DNA from: Catajapyx aquilonaris
Taxonomy: Eukaryota
Direction: 5' to 3'
DNA: 51,586 nt
Assembly (NCBI GenBank): GCA_000934665.2
Contig: JYFJ02002749.1
Coordinates: 1-51,586, forward strand
The notes beneath the pieces were generated by a model. That model was given only the letters and a program-made list of their open reading frames with translations. It was not told the origin of the DNA and ran no database searches. The position numbers were made by a program, and so were the translations under genes. Of this stretch, positions 14,214 through 24,523 are shown piece by piece (position 1 is the stretch's first letter; every line of letters begins with the position of its first letter).

Positions 14214-14224
14214 CAAGATGGCTG
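14214..14224 (+). promoter_or_regulatory. YY1/Pho-like motif (CAAGATGGCTG) in the probable promoter of the NEMO-like gene
   Basis: Matches the AAGATGGC core; lies in a CpG-richer stretch ~400 bp upstream of the ATG. Confidence 0.3.
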
Positions 14225-14614
14225 CGCCCAGTCCAGAAATCGAAACAATCGAAGACATCCCGTGACTCGCAATTCAAGGACACTTCAGGACTTTGTCAAC
14301 CGTCTGTCGCGTTCATTCCGACTTCACGTGTCTGGTGACAACTTTTCTACGGTAGGACACCCAAGCAGAATCGAGTCCATCGAGTCCATTGCCATTATAA
14401 AGGGTAGGGTTTGTACCAGCCATCTGTTGGCCAGGAATGCCAAGTAAATCCTTCTCCTTAGTCCTTGCCTTAATTGATATGCGTTGGTGTAAAGATCAAG
14501 CATATGACTTTGAGTAAGCATTCGTGCAATCAGAGTGTGATTAGAGTTGGGTGGTTCCACAGGTTGACCCACACCAGCAGGGGGGATCCGTGAGCGTACA
14601 GGTTGACTGCGGAG

Positions 14615-17600
14615 ATGGTGCAGGTGCACGGCAAGATGGATGCGGAGGATGAGATGTCCCAGATGCCTGAATCCATTGACAGCGACTCCTTTGTCGTCAT
14701 TGGAGCTGGGCCCATGTCCATGCAGCCGGAGGAAGCAGGCGGGCAGCAGCCTTCCTCAGTTTTGATCACATCTTTGGTGAGCATAAGAATGTGCAATTCA
14801 CATCTTAACTTCAGGAGAACTTTGCAGTTTATCCTGTGAAATTGTCTCAACCTATAGTTTACATCCAGTAAATAATGGATTAATACGATATGTAATTACT
14901 GCAATTCAGTACTGGTACACAAATCTTTCATCCCTCACGTATGATTCACTTCTAAACTTAAAAAGAATTTTGCATTTTACTCGACTAACGCAACCTGGAG
15001 TTTACAACTGTTGGACTCACAGGGACTTCAGTAAATACTTGTAATTGACTAATCTAATGTGTAATTACTGAAATTCATCGGTGAAGTGTCCTGTCATCCT
15101 TGACCTTGAAGCCCTATGTGAATACATCACACTGGGAAAGCTGTGTTTAAAGTACAATGAAACCTAACATCTTGCCGATTTGTCATTTTGACATTAGAAA
15201 CTTATTACTCTTTGGTGGCATTGTAGTATTTTAATTTTGCATTTTAGATGTGTATCAATTGCTAATTCGCTTATTTTCAGAACAATATCTCCATTGTGTC
15301 AGATTTGTCGGTTGATGAAATTCAAGCTAAGCTGAAGGATCTTGTTAGAGAAAACTTTGAACTGAAAGGTAATTACGTCATGTGATATGAATCATGATCA
15401 AGTGATGGGTTGAATACCTTGAAACATTGGTATTTTCAGAGACATTGCAACAGAACAATATGGCCATGAAGGAGCAGTATGTGCTTCTAAGCAACTTTCA
15501 GGAGGCTCAGTGGCAAAAAACAGCACAGATGAAGGATGCCATAGCTCAGGTTTGTGTAGTTTGTGCATATCAAACCTTGGCCCAGAGATTCCTTGGCCAT
15601 GAATTATTATTGGAAAATTGCTTTTGCAGTTGCAGAAAGAAAACGAGACTTTCAAGACTAAGCTCCAGGAACAGGAGAGTGAGAAGTCCGTGTCCTTCTC
15701 TCTGGTACGTTGTAACTTGTGACACTATATTATTTCATGAAACAAAGCACTTCACACATTGTTTATTATTGCATTGTTATAAAATTTTAAAGAATGCTAC
15801 ACCACATGATTATGTCATAGAGCACAACTGAGAAGCTATGTCAAGTAACTTGATATTTCCAAGAGGCTCTGACTATAGGAATAGAAGTTGTAAAAAATAA
15901 TCGTCCTGATATTTTTGATTTTCATTTTACCAGTCTGCACGTGAAGACAAAGAAGCCATAGAGCAACTGGCCGCTCAGAAAAGTGCCCTTGAGAAAGACA
16001 TAGCAGCCCTGAAAAAAGAAGCTGCTGCTATTCAGGCTGCTGGACTTCGCCTTCGTCAGGAAAAGGAATCAATATGCTCGCAGTATCAGGATCTGCTGAC
16101 TGAGGTTCGGGAGAAAGATGCTACTAATGCAGACCTGCAGAAGCAAGTGGGTGAACTTGAGGCATCCCTGGAGGAAAAGAATGAAGCCTTGAAAAAAGTG
16201 CAAGCCGACTTCCATGGTGCAACCATAGTTTCAGGAGAAGCACCGTCTACTGGAAGTTTCGAGGAAGACCTGGATATTGTCAGAGGGATCCTGAATAAGT
16301 ACGCCGAAAGGTAAACGCTAGCCAAAGTTGCTCTCAGGCTGAAAAAAGCATTTGGCATTGAGTGTGCATGGTGTGCTACCTAACCAAGTTTTCAACCCAC
16401 GTGCTAATTCACATAAATGTGTTGGTGTTACTTAGCCTGAGTGTGGTTTGGTAAGTGTGAACCTAACATCAGTAGTTGTTAATGTTCATTAATCTGATTG
16501 CACTAGTGAAGATTTCAAGACATTATTCAGGGTAATGATGTTGAAACGGTGTAATATTATAATTGGGTCATATCCTGTGGTACACATGATTTAAAAAAAA
16601 AATTGATTACAAAACTATGCCAAGCTGAAATGGCATGTTAGACCTGGACATAATTGGAATCCAGACCCATTTATATTTAGGAATACTTGGAACATTTTCT
16701 TACAAACATTAACAGATTGAAATTGAACAGTGTGTTTCCTCAACCATCACAGATTTGTTATTCTTTATTTCCTATTCAGATGCATGGGCTTAAATAACTT
16801 GCTGCAAGCCTGGTCGGAGAGCCTCCACACTCTTGCCGAGAGTGTTTCAGATGACCCAACATCTGCTGATAAATTGAAGCAACAGGTGGAAGGTGTGCAA
16901 GGTGTGTTACAGAAGCAATTCCTCCAGACTGGATTGGATAAGCGTACATTACAAGCTGCTCAGATGCAGATTGACAAATATATCGAAGATAAACAGAGGC
17001 TGGTACAAAGCTGGGATCACTACCGGGAAGAACAGGACCAGAAGGTGAGACAATAAATTCTTACAAGCTAATTGACATTTCTCAACATATACAATACTTA
17101 ATACTATCTGAACCAGCTGTTGTTTGGAAATTATCCAACACAGAATGGATTCTGTGCCTCATGTACTTCTGTACAGTACAGTACATTCATAATGAATTTT
17201 TGTGCATTACCAGAACTTGTTTGAATATAAGACTTATCTGGCAGTGAGATCAAATGATAAAGTAATTGTGTAAGAACCCAATTGGGTATAATTCCACAGC
17301 CATCCTAAAATTCTCATCTAGATTAATAAGTTGAGCAAATTTCAGCACTTCCTGAACCATGTTCCACAGTGCCTTTGTTTTTTTAGGCAGTGCAGTAACT
17401 CAAAGAGTGTATTTGTTAACGCTTGAAATATTTTCTAGGACCACCAAACAAATGCCTACCATGGTTTTGAACTGAACCATCTGAAGGAGAAACTTGACAG
17501 CATGACAGCACATCTGATGGAAAAAGATGAGAAACTAACAGAGAAGGACACAGAGCTTGAGAATCTCAAGCATACAGTGAGAACCTTGGAAATCGACACA

Positions 17601-18030
17601 GAAGGGATTGGAATACTGAAAGCCCAGGTGGAGCTCTACCAAGCTGACTTTGTGGCTGAGAGGGAATCCAGGCAGAGAATTGTTGGAGAAAAAGAACAGG
17701 TTTCTGAGGAACTACGTGAACTGCAGAGGCGATGTGAGCATCTTGAAGAAGAACTGAGGTATTGGCATTGCTAAGGATATAATATGATTCCTGCAGATAA
17801 GGTTGTTTTAAAAAAAACTATCTTCTAACCACAGGCGAGTTGGTGGGACACCAGTGAATCGTAACACAGAGCAGACAGGGGCAGGGTCTGCCGAACCATC
17901 CTTCAACACACGAGAGGAGACTCCACCAAGGGCAATGTATGAATGCCCAAAGTGTAACCTTAGGTTCGCTACGTTGCAAGCAGTCAACAACCACATTGAC
18001 GACTGCCTCCAGACTGACATGTTTCCATAG
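14615..18030 (+). CDS. key: NF-kB essential modulator (IKKgamma/Kenny)/optineurin-family protein, ~530 aa, 8 coding exons
   Basis: Exons 14615-14776, 15281-15368, 15440-15549, 15630-15704, 15934-16310, 16780-17044, 17439-17758, 17835-18030; all GT-AG and phase-consistent (1593 nt). N-terminal LIR DSDSFVVI; NEMO N-domain LVRENFELKETLQQNNMAMKEQY; long coiled coil; UBAN LKAQVELYQADFVAERESRQRI; C-terminal zinc finger YECPKCNLRFATLQAVNNHIDDC. Alternative start at 14636. AATAAA 18223-18228. Confidence 0.9.
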
Positions 18031-18586
18031 GATGAGTTGTTAGAACGAGTAACTTTATGCTTTCAAATAGTGCCACAAGTGTAAACCCCTTTCGCACCTT
18101 TGCGAATGTTATGTTGCCATATTAAGTGAAAACCCAGTTTTTTTTTGTTACAGGTAATGCATGGAATGTTCAGTATCTTAACGTTCTTGATGTATCACCG
18201 TCACTTTTTTTCTTTCCTAAGGAATAAAGATAATTTTTCTTGTCCATCATGTAAAACTGATCTGCAAATAATGACAATACAAATTCCAATAACAACAAAA
18301 GTTTATTCAACTTAGTCATGCATAGATTGCTCCTAGAAACAACATCTTAACATGCATAAATGGTCACAGCAAACAGGAAATAAATAGGCTTAGCCATAAC
18401 TGCAATCATACCATCACACCACAGGCTTTTGAATACAAGAGACATCTAGAAGAACTTGTTCAATATATGCTGCTGGGGAAACATTGAAAACTGACCTTGC
18501 ATCCTTGCTACAATACTGCATCTGAGATTCAACTAAAGCAACAATACCATTTACCCTGCTGGCCCTCCCAAATAATTCAATTCTTC

Positions 18587-19386
18587 CTAGCTGATGTCAT
18601 GTACGCCTGCTGCCACCAGCTGGCGTGACAACCAGTCCAGTCCATCTCCTAATCCCATTCCACTCTGGGCATCACAAGCTTGGATGTGCCAGCTACGTCC
18701 ACAGCACAGTTTGTAAAGGCTGAATCTCTGAGTTACTTCTTCAATTGATATGCAGCCGGGAAGGTCCTGAAGTGAAATGAGTTGTTAGTGGCTTTATTTT
18801 GGAAACGTTCCATGTTAGGATAGGCGACATGTACAATGAAACACAAGATATGTGCATCATGCCAAGTTCTAGCCAGGTGTAGCAATACAGGGCAGTTCTA
18901 TCCATATTAATGACATCGTCTGAGCCATTTAAATACAAGAAAGGCTCTCCTACCTGCTTGTTGGCAAAGATTAGCAAAGCAGCATCCCTGAGCTCCTTTT
19001 CTGCCATGAGCTTTGCCAGCTCACTGTGTGCCTCTTGCAGCCTCTGCTGATCACAGGAGTCCAGCACGAATATGACCGCCTGTGTGTTCAGGTAGTAGTG
19101 CTTCCAAAGAAGGCGTAGCTTTGGTTGGCCCCCAACATCCCAGAAGGTGAACTTGAGGTTCTTGTACTCCACCATCTCCACGTTAAATCCAATGGTGGGG
19201 ATGGTAGGCATGAACTCATTCTGCTTCAGCTTGAACAAGATTGATGTCTTCCCTGAGCCATCCAGCCCAAGCATTACAACCCTCATCTCAATCTTGGGAC
19301 CAATGTGCACTCGGTTATCCTGTTTAAAGCAATTATGGGTAGTTATGTTGGCACTTGAAACTCACAAAAATTTTCATATATTGGGG

Positions 19387-19420
<34 letters not shown>

Positions 19421-22400
19421 CTTGGTAGAGCTTGATTACTCTGCTGTATTGTATTGAATCGTACCAATTCACCCAAAGGGATGGGTCTACATGTGCAATG
19501 GCACCAATAATACTGCCTGTACCAAGTACTGTGTACCTAGAATGAAACTTCAAATATGTGCAAAAAATTATCATGGAAATGCTTGCGGCCTGCACATGAA
19601 TAACTTTAAATTACTAATCTCGTAAATTGTTTTCGAACAAGACTGGAGCCTCAATTACCTTGGTGAAAGTGATAGGAATGGCAGGATCTGGGCATAGCTG
19701 CTCAGGAGCCAGGCTTGCCACCTGCTGCTGCTGCTGGTCCACAGATGACAATAAGGTCTTGATCTCCCTCGAGGCGAGCAGGAGGCGGGCATCATCTTGC
19801 TGGGCCAGTCGCTCACACTGGACGCATACATTTGCCACCTGCATACATTCAGCTGTATTAGAAGCTTCAGTTGGCAAATGACTTTACTCCTGAAGCAGGA
19901 TAAATTCTAACAATGCACTACAATGGCACTGTGTCCAGTGTTGGCTAAATGAAATGGCGTCAAAATGCACACAAAAGATTTTGCTTACAAGCTAATGAGA
20001 GATACCTTCTCGCTGCATTTTTTGCGAGTCTTGCCCATTCACTTGTAGTGTACGCAAATGGATGCAACTCACAGTCAAAATGCATGGTGAAAAGGAATTT
20101 CTCACAATCTTGTGAACACATCTTGACAGCTCTTCACCAGCCATTACTTTTTTAAAGCCTCACTATTATTGAACTTAGCAGGATTTGACACCAATATCCT
20201 TGTCCCAACCTGTGTGAGTAAAATGACCAAATCTTCTCTCTGCTGCCTGAGTGATCCTAGTCTCTCCCTGACATGGGTGTCCACCACAGTAAGGGCAGCC
20301 ACCTCTTGCATGTGCAAATGCTCTCTCAGTTCTTCAAAGTAGGCCCTAACTCTCCCCCTGGCCATCTCTGCTGTCCCAATAACATCTGTTGATGTGATTC
20401 CCTCCTCCACATCTTCTATGCCCAGTCCACCTCCACCATCCACTCCCTCAATCTGTCTGATGGCTTGTTCTATTTGCCTGCCTGTGTCGCTGACTTCCTC
20501 AACAAACTTCTTAAGGTGCTCCACAGTGCTTAGTACTGTGGACCTCAATCCTTCAGCCTCAGCTTCCAACAAAGCATGCTTGTGGCCACGATGGCGGCCG
20601 TAGTCTTTGCAAATGAAACACATGAGGGGAGAAGACTCGCAGTCTGACTCAAGACAGGTAAATTCGACCAGATGCTCTGGATGGTGGCCACATTTGGGCT
20701 TCTCACGAGGCTTCTCTGACAACGGGACCCGTCTGTGCTTAGCCAGTGTGCGAGTTGAGTGGGTGCTTTCGGAGCACTCTTCACACAGGTGGCTTGCGCA
20801 CACAGTACAATAGAGAACTGCCACATGGTTCTCATTCTCATCACATGGGATACCCAGCTGGAAAGAGAGAAAAAACTATTTCAGTGATAAGTAAGGTGAT
20901 TTCATCAAGATGCACGGCAGTGCATCGGCCAAGTCTAAGCAACTTCCACCGCCACTGACCCAGACTAGCCCCTTCTCTCTTTTACTCTTACGTCTTGCGC
21001 TGCTGTGCATCCTTTACTGGAGCTCCCTCGCTCTCTACATTTCAGCATTTCTAGTTCGGCACAGGGCTGAAATTGTAATACGACAATGGGGGACACCCAG
21101 GGACCCTACAAATAAATTTTCGTGGAATTTGGACCACTAGGTTCACACCAGGAGAGGGCCCAAATTGGCTTTTTGTCTTATTCATATATATAGGGGTGGC
21201 AATAATAAAAAAGATTGACCAGTTCCAGTTATCGTTCAGATCCCAAATTTTGTACAAAAATTGGTCCTCGTCTGAAACCGCCAAAAAAAGTCCAAAACTG
21301 TGAGTCGCCGGTCCTGGGTCCAGACTGCCGCCATTAAAACACAAAAAAAAGTCACAAAAATTGCAACAATGTCAACACATGGTACATGGTCTCCACAGTA
21401 CCAATGTAAATTAACATTGTTGCATAGAGACTTCTCGAGGCCAGACGTGTCTTTCTCTCACTCCCTGTTCCAAACCAAACTCTTGGCTTGGTTAACTGTG
21501 CAGTTGGGTCTGTACTCACAGTCAGTGTTACATACCACCCCGATGCGCCACAAAAAGTTAAATCCGTAATAATTAAATTTTAATTCGGTCAAGAGTTAAT
21601 ACCGGTTAATACCGATCAAGAGCAAATTTCAAATTATGGCAAACGCATTCATCCATAGGAAACAGTTCCCTTTAACAATAGCTGACGGCATCACGATTCC
21701 TAAGAGCCAGGGTTTGAGCTTATACCCAGTGCCCTTATGGACATTGGGTCGTCACTATTTTTCTGTTGTGGTCAAGTGTATGTGGCCTTGTCTCGAGTCA
21801 AAAAAATTTGATGGAATTCATCTAATCAACTTTGATCCCACTCAAGTTAAAGCTAACGATAAAGCCATTTAACGGAATATAACAGACTACGACTTAAATT
21901 CAGGCCAGACCTTTGGCGTTTCCAATTCACTAATTCTAAAGGCATCCAAAGGTCCCTGACGGAGTCTGGGCTGCATCCAAATATGTACATCGGGTTCAAG
22001 AGGATAACCAAACTGATCTCCAATGTCAAGTCTCAGATCATGCTGCCGGAACACGGTTTAATACAATAAAAATAAACTGTTAACACTCACTGGTAGAGCA
22101 ATTACCCAAAAATGTGACCTTCAAATGGCATATTTACTTTTAACTGTCAATAGTGGAGCAGTAACGTAACAACGCCACCTTCAAAGTACATATATAGCTC
22201 CTTGATTCATTAGAATAATAATTATAAATACTACACTTGGACCTCTGATTCATATCACAGGAACTACAAAATGTCACCTTCGAACCGCACATGATTAAAA
22301 CAGTACATGATTACAATCGCGGTTTATTAGACTGGAAAATTGAGTAGTACAGCTAAAATTGGGAGAACAGTAACTTTACCAAATTCCAGCGAACTGAATG

Positions 22401-24204
22401 CGTATTGTTCCTCGTGCACGTGAACCAAGTCTAGCCAAGTCATCTCACTTAGCTTATAGCCTCAGAGAAAGGCTTGGCATCCACCATGATCTCACGACTT
22501 TGTACGGCGGAGTGGACAAGGCTTGGCGCCCAGACTCTGTCTCACAGGTTTTTTCGGCAGACGACTTGGCGTGTTTTTTACGAGTGCGTTTTTAGGGGGA
22601 TTAATTTTACCAATCAGAAGAGAATGATATAAACAGTGCAATAATAACGAATGCCCTGATAATTATGATACTAATACACCAACTCCTACATTGAAGTAAT
22701 CTCACCTCTCTTTCCTTGGCTAAAGCTTCGCAACAAAACAAAGCAGGTTTCTCTCCAGAGTAGTGCAACTTCTCCAGCAATTCCAGCAGAGCGAAGTTCT
22801 TCTTTAATCCCCATACACCAGAGTCAGCTGTCAAGTGACGACCAAATGTTATTCAACTTAACCCCATTTATGACTTGGTTTTTGAACTCACCAACTGGTG
22901 TTGGTTGCCTATCAAAAGGACAGAGGATGCTGTTTTCCCTGAGAGGCAGTCTCAAGAGGCAGGAGTGGCACAGAGTGTGACCACAATACAACAGCCTGGG
23001 GACCTTGTCGCCTTGGAATCCAAACACATCTTCACACACCCGACACTCCAGCACCTGTAATGGTACCAATACGGCAGTATGAGATTGATGCTTCATTAAC
23101 AAGTAAGGTGTAGCTGACACTTGAGCTATGAACCCATGCGACATGTATGTGTAGTACATTATTTTGAGAAGTGCAGATATTATGTGGTGCAACACATGAT
23201 ATTTTCCAGTGTCATTTTGACTAGCTCTCCTTGTGGGGTTTAATGAATGTTATAAATTGTTGGCAACAAATAGCAATTTTTTCTCAGACTGCTGATCTAC
23301 CTTCAGCGGTACAAAAATTAAAAAGAGGACTAAGACATGCAATTCTCATTGCTAACTGATTCAGAACGAAATATGTTCTTGTTCCCACTTCAAACATCAC
23401 TGATAAAAATTGCCTTTTCAAGGTTTTTTTTTCACTGGGAAATGTCCATAAATCTCTCTACTACAAAAAACTGAACTACCCTTCAACACATATATGTTCA
23501 CAACAGCCACATGTTTTATCTGCTGTACCAGTTATTAGCTCTTGGCTGTACCCATTCTATAATTATATTAACAACAGTAACACAAAGGGGTCGTCCATAA
23601 ATTACGTGGACAGGAAGGGGGGGGGGGGAGCCACAATACTATACGTATACAGCTCTTTTTTTAAAATTTGTAATTTAAAAAAATAATTATATGATTTATT
23701 GCCTGTGACAAGGCCGAAGAGGGGGGTGCCAGGTCGACTGTACATGTAAATAAGGGGGGAGGGGTACATGGATTGTATACAAGTGTCCATTTGGGGGGGA
23801 GGGGGGGTAGAAAATGGTGGGAAAAGTGTCCACGTAATTTATGGACGGCCCCAAACACTGATAATATCACCGGTAAAACTGCACGCATTCACCGCACTAG
23901 TGTGCAAATACAGTAAAACTAATGAACTACACTGGAACTCATTGTGTTTCATGAATATGCAAAACGTCATTATACAGTCCTGCACAATACGCTGAAGGCC
24001 TGCTCATACGGGCTATGTGAACGTTTGGTCCTGGCACAGGTCATGCGATGCATTCGTCGCACATATCCAATACTGCAAATTTTAGTGGCCCAGAGCAAAC
24101 TCCGACATGGGACGAGAACTACGTACATTAGCCTTGGGCGTCTTGTTGGGTTCCCTTGAGAACGTGTAGAAGTAGATGAGGTCCCTGTGGTGACTGGCCG
24201 CCAT
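18587..24204 (-). CDS. TRIM23: E3 ubiquitin ligase TRIM23/ARD1 (RING-B-box-coiled coil-ARF GTPase), ~578 aa, 7 coding exons
   Basis: Minus-strand exons 24204-24127, 23054-22892, 22827-22706, 20857-20210, 19838-19659, 19319-18954, 18766-18587; phase-consistent (1737 nt). [14 protein letters not shown]...[10 protein letters not shown]...[24 protein letters not shown]; two B-boxes; ARF domain [19 protein letters not shown]-terminus [35 protein letters not shown], close to vertebrate TRIM23. Minus-strand AATAAA at 18302-18307. Confidence 0.96.
19388..19420. repeat. (GAT)n microsatellite in a TRIM23 intron
   Basis: About 11 tandem TGA/GAT units; source of the spurious poly-His ORF 19374..19595. 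Confidence 0.9.
20905..22575. mobile_element. Helentron/Helitron2-like deletion derivative within TRIM23 intron 3
   Basis: Hairpin GATGCAC-ggca-GTGCATC (20909-20926) is followed by GCCAAGTC (20928-20935), whose inverted copy GACTTGGC is at 22563-22570. An internal PIF1-helicase remnant is present. Boundaries are approximate. Confidence 0.6.
21612..21975 (+). pseudogene. Frameshifted PIF1-type helicase C-terminal fragment (Helitron/Helentron Rep-Hel)
   Basis: Across frameshifts it reads [25 protein letters not shown] / MDIGSS / [11 protein letters not shown] / [20 protein letters not shown] / [13 protein letters not shown]. These are PIF1 motifs V-VI (QFPL..A.A.TIHKSQG, GQ.YVALSR). Confidence 0.85.
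23587..23852. mobile_element. PIF/Harbinger (Tourist-like) MITE in TRIM23 intron 1
   Basis: 26-bp TIRs GGGGTCGTCCATAAATTACGTGGACA / TGTCCACGTAATTTATGGACGGCCCC (1 mismatch), 3-bp TSD AAA on both sides, G-rich interior, 266 bp. Confidence 0.85.
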
Positions 24205-24523
24205 GCCTGCTCCTTCACTGCCTGGTATGTTCCATGCAGGAAGATGAAACCCTCGCTGGCAGCCTCCCTCTGTACCTCTCTCTCTCTGTCGTCGTCTGCT
24301 GCTCCTTCCCTGATCCCTCGGGAGATTACGGGAGCGGGAAGCAGGAAGGGAGTTGGGGGCGAAAGTGGGGACTCCAGCAGAGAGGATCAGAGCTGAGTGA
24401 GTGGCCTGCTGGTTGGAGCAGCCCTTCCGTGGGGATACGTGGAGGAAGCGTTCGAACTACACGACCGATCGCGGGACACTGGTGGGGCGAGCGAGACCAA
24501 GGGCCAGACGCGGGCAGAGGGCC
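24205..24523. promoter_or_regulatory. Bidirectional promoter/5'UTRs of TRIM23 and NEK8
   Basis: Divergent start codons at 24204 (-) and 24524 (+) are only ~320 bp apart; the interval is GC/CpG-rich. Confidence 0.75.

Noticed and set aside
18741..19310. Apparent stand-alone ARF GTPase gene
   Set aside because: It is the penultimate exon of TRIM23, with intron read-through in the ORF track.
19374..19595. ORF ending in poly-His
   Set aside because: Translation of an intronic (GAT)n microsatellite.
21636..21872. Possible nested host PIF1 helicase gene
   Set aside because: Only C-terminal motifs are present, with several frameshifts, no introns and TE-like flanks; it is a transposon remnant.
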